From Octopus sinensis (lineage: Eukaryota): DNA of 64,000 bases. The stretch covers positions 113,026,001-113,090,000 of the forward strand of contig NC_043000.1 in NCBI RefSeq assembly GCF_006345805.1, written 5' to 3'. The position numbers were made by a program, and so were the translations under genes. Position 1 is the first letter of the stretch; each line of letters begins with the position of its first letter. The notes beneath the pieces were generated by a model. That model did no database searches. It had not been told where the DNA came from and saw nothing but the letters and a program-made list of their open reading frames with translations. Below are positions 55,625-64,000 of the stretch, piece by piece.

Positions 55625-55792
55625 GGCGTAGGAGTGGCTGAGTGGCTGTGTAGTCAGAAGCTTGCTAACGAACCACATGGTTCCGTGTTCAGTCCTACTG
55701 CGTGGCAACTTTGGCAAGGATTTTCTACTATAACCTCGGGCCGACCAAAACCTTGAGTGGATTTGGTAGACGGAAACTGAAAGACGCCCGTC

Positions 55793-55843
<51 letters not shown>

Positions 55844-56065
55844 GTGTGTGTGTGTGTGTGTGTGTGTTTGTCCCCTCAGCATCGCTTGACAACCGATGCT
55901 GGTGTGTTTACGTCCCCCGTAACTTAGCGGTTCAGCAAAAGAAACCGATAGAATAAGTACTGGCCTTACAAAGAATGAGTACTGGGGTCCATTTGGTCGA
56001 CTAAAGGCGGTGCGCCAGCATGGCCGCAGTCAAATGACTGGAGCAAGTAAAAGAGTAAAAGAGTA
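55625..56065 (+). mobile_element. Full-length SINE family C with internal (TA)n(TG)n and tandem AAAGAGTA tail
   Basis: tRNA-like head, CORE-like GTGGCAACTTTGGCAAG, microsatellite at 55793-55867, tail ending GTAAAAGAGTAAAAGAGTA. Confidence 0.9.
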
Positions 56066-56135
56066 CCATTTGAACACTGAGATCAAAGTAACTGCACTTG
56101 TGCTTTGTGATTTGAAGCCAATGTTAATCTAGAGT

Positions 56136-56385
56136 GAAGGTGCGTGGTTTAGTGGTTATAGTGTTCGGCTCACGATCGTAAAGTCGAGAGTTCGATACCC
56201 AGCGAAGCGTTGTGTCCATGAGCAAGACGCTTTATTTTTCAAGCAACTCCACTCCGTTCAGCTGGCAAAAAGTAGCTGTATTTAACATGGCCTTCCTTTT
56301 CACATTCTGTATCACGCAGAATCTCCTCGAGAAGTACGTTGAGTGTACGCGTGTCTGCGGAGTGCTCATCCTGTTAATTTCAAGA
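56136..56385 (+). mobile_element. CORE-type SINE family D
   Basis: GGTGCGTGGTTTAGTGG (A box), GAGTTCGATACC (B box), GTGTCCATGAGCAAGACGCTTT CORE-like box. Confidence 0.8.
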
Positions 56386-56455
56386 GCAGTTAATTTCAAC
56401 CTGTTAATTTCAACCGCCAGAGTTCCAGTCATTAATCTGGAGTTGAAATTAAAAG

Positions 56456-56716
56456 TAAGTACCAGTTACGCACTGGGGTCGATATAGTCGACTTAATCCG
56501 TTTGTCTGTCCTTGTTTATTCTCTCTGTGTTTAGCCCCTTGTGGGTAGTAAAGAAATAGGTATTTCTTCTGCCGCTACGTTCTGAGTTCAAATTCCGCCG
56601 AGGTCGACTTTGCCTTTCATCTTCAATAAATTAAGTACCGGTGGAACACTGGGGTCGATGAAATCGATTATCTCCCTCCCCAAAATTTCAGCCTTGTGCC
56701 TAGAGTAGAAGAGAAT
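56456..56716 (+). mobile_element. Tail A SINE fragment fused via the J1 junction to a tail B unit
   Basis: AAAGAAATAG|GTATTTC at 56559/56560. Confidence 0.85.
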
Positions 56717-56966
56717 TCTTCGGTTTCACTCTCATATAAAAAGGGATTTATTATTTTTGCTGTATTTCGTTCTGGAACAGTCGTAAAGGAAAGGAAAAAG
56801 TTCACATTCAGTCACCGTTAGAATTCAGAACTAAAAATATATTTTGCATTGTATAAAAATGTATTCATTCCTCAATATTTCAAAGACATACAAAGAACTG
56901 TCACCGCATTCTTTAGACGTATATTATACACAATGCGTTAACAAATATATAAAACACACACAGATA

Positions 56967-57041
<75 letters not shown>

Positions 57042-57226
57042 AACGGATACAGACATGTACACACGGATATATATGCATATGGTATGTATGTATATAGGTA
57101 TGTATGTATGGATGGATGGATATATAGTAATTCACACATGCTCGCACATGAATATATGCAGGCATATATCTCACACAAACACGGAAATACATCAGAGCAT
57201 GATGCTTGAATCGATATCATATTTAG

Positions 57227-57287
<61 letters not shown>

Positions 57288-58068
57288 TGAGTTTCAGTGC
57301 CTGTGTGCTTAATGTACATATATGTATTTCTGTGTTTATGCATATATATATATGTTTATGCGTATATATACATATATGTGTGTGTATGCACACATATATA
57401 TAGATATGCGCTTGTGCACACATACATATATATATGTACACATGTGTGTATACATATACATACATATGTATATGTGCCCTCACACTCACACGTGTCTGTA
57501 TGTAAATGCATTCAAGAGTCCATAAACAACGCATATTTAATGAAGAAATAAAATAAAATTAAATCAATAAACGAAAAAAAAAAATAATAACAAAAGACAC
57601 GAAACTGTTCATTGAAATGCTCCAGTCTGTCCTGGCACTATTAATGACTGCAAGTCACAGCCACAGTGAAAGTAACGCGCTAATCACTGTAATCAACTCG
57701 TACGATTCATTAAAACAGCCATCTCTTATTTCTGTGGCTAACTACCACCTGGCGCTCTTTATTACACTTCTCTCCTAGCTGCCAATTAAACTCCGCTCCA
57801 CTCTTTAAATCTTTTTAAACATGCCGTCTTCATTGTTTATTTGCTGGCATATTTATTTTATTACTTTGAGTTTTGTTGTATTTTGTTAGTGTTTTAAAAA
57901 ATCATTTTCTTATTTGTTTGTTTGTTCCCTGTATTCAGAAATTTGTATGAAAAGTTTTAGTTTAAATTATTCACAGTTGAAGCATAAAAGTCGCACCTTA
58001 ACAGAGAAAAAATATAGAGAACGGGGACGGATGTAAAGAGGATTTTCTGACATTAATGCCTTTCCAAA

Positions 58069-58233
58069 TGATTTTAGCTACGTATGTTAAAAGTTTGATA
58101 GAGTTTTGACCGAAAACTCATACAATTTTGAAACAAAGTCGCCGAGTTAAAGTACTAAAGACAGAGAACCAAAGAACAAATGTTCTAGAATTATTGTATT
58201 TCAACGAGAGTCATGTGTATCGACACGGGTATC
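58069..58233 (+). repeat. Left copy of the long direct repeat flanking the SINE tetramer
   Basis: Aligns to 59024-59168 with 8 substitutions and one 20-bp indel. Confidence 0.92.
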
Positions 58234-59023
58234 TATTTCTATTTCTTTACTACTCACAAGGGGCTAAACACAGAGGGGACAAACAAGGACAGACAAAGGG
58301 ACTAAGTCGATTATATCGACCCCAGTGCGTAACTGGTACTTAATTTATCGACTCCGAAAGGATGAAAGGCAAAGTCGACCACGGCGGAATTTGAACTCAG
58401 AACGTAACGGCAGACGAAATACCTATTTCTTTACTACCCACAAGGGGCTAAACACAGAAAGGAAAAAAAAAGGACAGACAAACGGATTAAGTCGATTATA
58501 TCGACCCCAGTGCGTAACTAGTACTTAATTTATCGACCCCGAAAGGATGAAAGGCAAAGTCGACCACGGCGGAATTTGAACTCAGAACGTAACTGCAGAC
58601 GAAATACCTATTTCTTTACTACCCACAAGGGGCTAAACACAGAGGGGACAAACAAGGACAGACAAACGGATTAAGTCGATTACATCGACCCAGTGCGTAA
58701 CTGGTACTTAATTTATCGACCTCGAAAGGTTGAAAGGCTAAGTCGACCACGGTGGAATTTGAACTCAGAACGTAATGGCAGAGGAAATACCTATTTCTTT
58801 ACTACCCACAAGGGGCTAAACACAGAGGGGACAAACAAGGACAGACAAACGGATTAAGTCGATTACATCGACCCCAGTGCGTAACTGGTACTTAATTTAT
58901 CGACCTCGAAAGGATGAAAGGCAAAGTCCACCACGGCGGAATTTGAACTCAGAACTTAACGGCAGACGAAATACGGCTACCCAATTCGCCCGGCGCGCCA
59001 GCTTTTCTGCTATCTCGCCGCCT
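58234..59023 (-). mobile_element. SINE family A tetramer: one ~50-nt head plus four ~183-bp units
   Basis: Junctions GAAATAC|CTATTTC at 58422/3, 58607/8 and 58790/1; head at 58975-59023; terminal tail GAAATAGAAATA. Confidence 0.95.
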
Positions 59024-59168
59024 TGATTTTAGCAACATATGTTAAAAATTTGATAGAGATTTGACTGAGAACTCATACAATTTTGAAACAAAGTCACAGA
59101 GAATCAAAGAAGAAATGTTCTAGAATTATTGTATTTCAACGAGAGTCATGTGTATCGACACGGGTATC
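59024..59168 (+). repeat. Right copy of the long direct repeat flanking the SINE tetramer
   Basis: See 58069-58233. Confidence 0.92.
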
Positions 59169-59334
59169 ATTAAAAGATGAATTTACAGAAATCGGCAGCC
59201 ATGATCAAGATGGACGTGAACGTGTATTCGGTCAGTGATCCCGTTCTTCTTAGTTCAAATCACACCGACGGCAATTTAGCTTTGCAATCTTCCGGTAGAA
59301 ATAAGATTTACGTACTAATTACATGAGTGAGAGT

Positions 59335-59652
59335 GAAGGCACAATGGCTGAGTGGTTAAAGCATCGGGTTCACAATCATGAGTCCGAATCCCAGACAGGG
59401 CTGTGTGTTGTTTTTACTGAACAAAACACTTCATTTCACGTTGCTTCAGTTCGCTCAGCCGTAGACATGACTTGTGACGTCACTGGAGCCTTACCCTTGG
59501 ATAACATCTGTAGTGTGAAAAGGAGAGGCTGGTATGGATGGGCGACTGTTTGTCATCCACAACCAAACTTGCCCAGACTTGTGCCTCGGAGGGAAGATTT
59601 TTAGGGGCAATACCAATGGTCATTCATGACCGAAGGCGGTCGTTACCCTTTA
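59335..59652 (+). mobile_element. CORE-type SINE family E
   Basis: GGCACAATGGCTGAGTGGTTAAAGC tRNA-like head, GAACAAAACACTTCATTTCACGTTGC CORE-like box, distinct tail. Confidence 0.65.
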
Positions 59653-59754
59653 TATTAGTGCAACGATTAAAACCCTAACCCTACCCCTAAAAATAGGAGC
59701 AGTGTGGCCGAGGATGCATATCTTCAGGAGAGCGCTCAGCAGAAACATATAATG

Positions 59755-60196
59755 TAGGCGTGACTTGGTACCGGCGTGGACGTGTGCCTCCCAAACACAT
59801 GGCTTCGGGTTCAATCCCACTGCGTGGCACCATCGACTAGTGTCTTCTACTATTGCTTCACACGGACAAAGCCATGTAAATGCATGTGGTTGACGGAAAC
59901 TGAAAAAAGCCTGTCGTACATATGTGTGTGTATATATGTGCTTGTGTGTGCGCGCGCAATTGTCTGTAGTAGTAGTAGTGGTGGTGACGGTGGTGGTAGC
60001 AATTGTTCGCCCACCGGACAAGTGCTTGACGGCATTTCTTTCGGCTGTATGTTCTAGGATCGAATTCCGCCAAGGTCGATCTTATCTTTCAATCTTTCAA
60101 ACGTCGATAAAAAATGTAAAAGTTGTACTCATTTTGTCGAGGTACACGACTACCTCTTCCCTCAAAACTGCTGGCCTTATACCAAAATTTGAAATC
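59755..60196 (+). mobile_element. Degenerate SINE family C head (59755-59955) and degenerate tail B SINE (59990-60196)
   Basis: GGGTTCAATCCCACTGCGTGGCACC; GAATTCCGCCAAGGTCGAT...GGCCTTATACCAAAATTTGAAA. Confidence 0.65.
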
Positions 60197-60840
60197 ACCA
60201 TTCTACCTTCACGGCTTCTTTATATACCGATGCTTCGTTTCATTCTTCCTGAGTCATTGACATTGAAGAACCTAAGTATTTAAATCGATATAAAATCAAT
60301 TGCAACAGTCATCAGAAATTGTTGGGTTTTTGCCAGCACTCGTAGTCATTAACACTTGTTGTTGTCGTGTTGTTGTTGTGGTATTGATAGCAATTTTCTA
60401 CATTAACACCAAACACACCTGTGACTTTCTCAGGTGTATATAAAGTTGTCGGTCATTTTAGGTCTTTATTTTTATTTCATTACTTTTCAAAAAAAAAATG
60501 TAATCTGATCAATTAATCTGATTTTTTCCAATGTTTTCTTCTTTTTTCCGTTTATCACACTATTTTCAGAACATTTATCTATTTATTTGTTAATTTTATT
60601 TCATTTAGAGTTTTTTATTCGTTTATTAGAGTTTATTATTCGTTTACCAGTGTTATATGTATGGTGGGTGTGTAAACGATTCGGAAGGTAAAGTAAAAAG
60701 CCCAAACGGAAACAACAAATAGTTTCTTCGTTTCGGTTTATACAGCTTTGTGTACATATATTCACTATTAAAAAGATTACATTCTTCAAGTTCCGCTCCT
60801 TGCAAACAGAGACTTCAATAGGATATATTTTAATATATTT

Positions 60841-61125
60841 GTACATACATAGATGGTGGTTGTCTACTCCTTATGCAGAGTTTAACCACCTCTTGTATAC
60901 CTACACCTTAGAACCATCATGGCATCTGATGTGGCTTTTTAAACCAGACAATGATAAGACACTCACGTAGATTGCATATCCGATTTGGACCACCAAGAGC
61001 TGCAGAGAAGTTCTGATGTTAGTGGAGCTTAAAATTTCTTTTAAAGCTTCTGTTAGATTTTTAATCCTTCTGGCACACACTGCATTCAAAGTTGGTGGAA
61101 GTTCGTTTTCCACGCAGCCACTTCG
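60841..61125 (-). pseudogene. 3' end of an RTE-like LINE
   Basis: LSLSGLKSHIRCH resembles the terminal C2H2-like motif of RTE ORFs; it is followed by a short UTR ending in an ATGT repeat tail. Confidence 0.5.
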
Positions 61126-61216
61126 ACGATTACACACGCGTGCACACATACACTAATTTCCATGCATGTATGTATGTATGAATGTATTTGAGAGTGTGTT
61201 TGTGTGCGTGTATGTA

Positions 61217-61800
61217 TTGGGTTGTCCGGAAAGTTCGTACCGATTTTTAAAGGAAAGAAAAAGGTCAATAAATACATTCCATTACATTTTTAATCAACCA
61301 AATATGAATGATTTTGTTGCACATTGCGTCTCCATCTTTCCTTTAACTTGAAAATTCCCTCTTCCCAGAATTGGGGTGGTTTCATGGCAAAGAACTCATC
61401 AAGTTACCTTTTTACGTCATCCAAGGAATTTTTACCATTAAGACTATTCTGCAGAGACCTAAATAAGTGGAAATCCGAATGAGCAATATCTGGTGAATAT
61501 GGAGAGTGGGGTAATTCAGCCCAGCCGAGCTGCAGCAATTTTTGTCTGGTTTCCAAAGCATCAAGTGCCGAAAATGAACTTTCTTATCTTCCATTTTAAG
61601 GGTTACAGATTAACACAGGTTATCTCTTCATACCGGAATAGTAGTAATACACTAACTTCTGTCTTACCATCGCTGATAGCTCCACAAGACACTAACTAGA
61701 ACTGTCGACTCTCAACTCTTTGACTCTCGACTACTCTCTCCTGACGTTCGGCTATTGGTCTATTTATAACGGCTGACACCTACCACTACACAACAGTACA
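61217..61800 (-). mobile_element. Internally deleted mariner transposon (mellifera-like), one TIR retained
   Basis: TA|TTGGGTTGTCCGGAAAGTTCGTACCGATTT TIR. N-terminus MEDKKVHFRHLML (starts 61594) is fused to the C-terminus QKLLQLGWAELPHSPYSPDIAHSDFHLFRSLQNSL...GIFKLKERW (stop at 61290). Confidence 0.88.
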
Positions 61801-62026
61801 TAATCTTCCTGTCTGCGTGTTTATGTATATGTATATGAATCTATGCTTGTCGTTGCATATGTGTGTTCGTGAGATGGAAGTGAAGTTTTATTGGCCCTGC
61901 ACCGTGAAAACGTATCACTGTGTCTCTCACTTAGATATTATATAGAATACTTGTATTTTTCTAAAATAGAAATAATACATTTCTAAATCTCTCTCAGAGA
62001 GATTTATGCTGTAGCAGCACGAAAAA

Positions 62027-62290
62027 GTGATATTATGTTGTCAACTTAATATGACAATCCCATGAAAGGGAAAAATGCTACTGTTATTTAACCCTAGGAA
62101 ACAACGTTTCCTGTTGGACTTGACCCATTTCCTGTGTCATATTTTCAAAGGTGCTTGTCTCCAGTTTGAAAACATAAGGACACGGGAAATGTATCAAGTC
62201 CAACAGGAAACGGTGTTTCCTAGGGCTACATAACAGTAGCATTGTACCCTTTCATGGGACTGTCACATTAAGTTGACAAAATACTATCAC
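62027..62290. repeat. 264-bp palindrome of the multi-hairpin repeat family
   Basis: Arms 62027-62149 and 62165-62290 with a 15-nt spacer; each arm carries the five hairpins. Confidence 0.88.
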
Positions 62291-62679
62291 TGGTACTTTT
62301 CTGTTATGTATGCACTAAAATATGTGCGCATGTAGTATATATGAATGAATATATATGCTCTGCGCTGAATGTGCCTGTTTGTGGAAACCTGATAACATCA
62401 GCAAAAACGCAAAAGGCTTTCAGGTATGGCTCAGGATTTATATTTAAATATACTTTCATTTCTTCATTATGATGCTTAATTATGCTAATCATTAAAAGTA
62501 TTTGTACATATTTCGATATTTCTGTTGGCGAAAACCGTTAATTTTGCAACTCTCAAACAAATCCTTGCTACTCCTCCATTCATGTAAAGGAAATAGAATC
62601 CACACAATGCAAAAATTACCACGTGACTTTTTATTAATGGCATACATGTCAATGTACGTCTACCCGAATATTTAAACAC

Positions 62680-63270
<591 letters not shown>

Positions 63271-64000
63271 ATGCACGTAGGAGCATAAATTGGAACAAAG
63301 GAAAACAGTTCTTTGCTCCACAAACGGGAGACGTTACGAGATCAAGAGAAACAAAAAGAGAATGGAAACAAGACCAGCAACAGCAAGAACAAGAAGAGAA
63401 ACAACGGCAACAATGATATGTACGGCGACTAGATTTACACCGCCGCCAACATCGACAACGATGATGACAACAACAACAACAACAACAACAGCGATATATA
63501 CAGCAATAGATTAACAACAATAACAATGATATAAAAAGGAACAAATACAACGATAATAAATATAATAATAACTACACAGAAAATAACGAAAAAGCAATAA
63601 TTTTTAATAAAGAACATTTTCAAAATTAAAGGGGGAAAAACAATCCCCTACCAACAAAACTCCCCCCCCCAAATAAATTATCAAAAATAAAAAAGAATAA
63701 TAATAATAATAAGGAAAAACAGTTTGAAATTTGTGTGAATGGCAATATTAATAAATATAAAATCATGATTGGTAAGGTGGTATACAGGTGAGGGTGGCGA
63801 TGGCGCAACTGGGTGATCATGATCGATTATTTCCGAAGCCAGTTTTAATTGCATAAGCAGCGCCTCCTGGCGGATTATATTAATCAACGTGGTTACCCAC
63901 ATCACTCTCATCCCACCCGTCTCTTCCTCCACACCTCTTTCTGCTCCCCCCTCTCTCTCTCTCTGTCTCCTTCTCCACACCTTTTTCGCGTCTTTCTCAG

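Noticed and set aside
58234-59023. Regular tandem array resembling a CRISPR locus or satellite
   Set aside because: Units are ~183-bp SINE bodies with no unique spacers, in a eukaryotic context with no cas genes.
59671-59690. CCCTAA telomere-like repeats
   Set aside because: Only about three imperfect units; too short to call an interstitial telomeric site.

Overview
Eukaryotic, AT-rich, repeat-saturated DNA. No host protein-coding exon, rRNA, tRNA gene or CRISPR array could be supported, so this is probably a large intron or intergenic region. The SINE families and extreme microsatellite load look like a coleoid cephalopod (octopus) genome; this is pattern recognition, not a database result. 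Almost every entry in the ORF track is a translated microsatellite (YIYI, THTH, poly-L/N/D). The real coding remnants are all transposon-derived: a full-length but frameshifted R4/Dong-clade non-LTR retrotransposon (6092-10044, minus strand) sitting in (TAA)n tracts, two more RLE-type LINE 3' fragments, two RTE-type LINE remnants and an internally deleted mariner. There are also several MITE/fold-back elements and about 25 tRNA-derived SINE copies. The most interesting signals are non-coding. (1) One SINE family forms head-to-tail concatemers with the same palindromic junction at many separate loci. These include a tetramer bracketed by a 145/165-bp target-site-like duplication and a dimer with a 14-bp TSD, which is compatible with a circular or multimeric RNA intermediate. 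(2) Minimal hammerhead ribozyme motifs occur in small Penelope-like inserts in (TA)n tracts: one has a complete canonical core and one family has an atypical core. (3) A dispersed repeat family keeps five consecutive hairpins with compensatory base changes across divergent copies.
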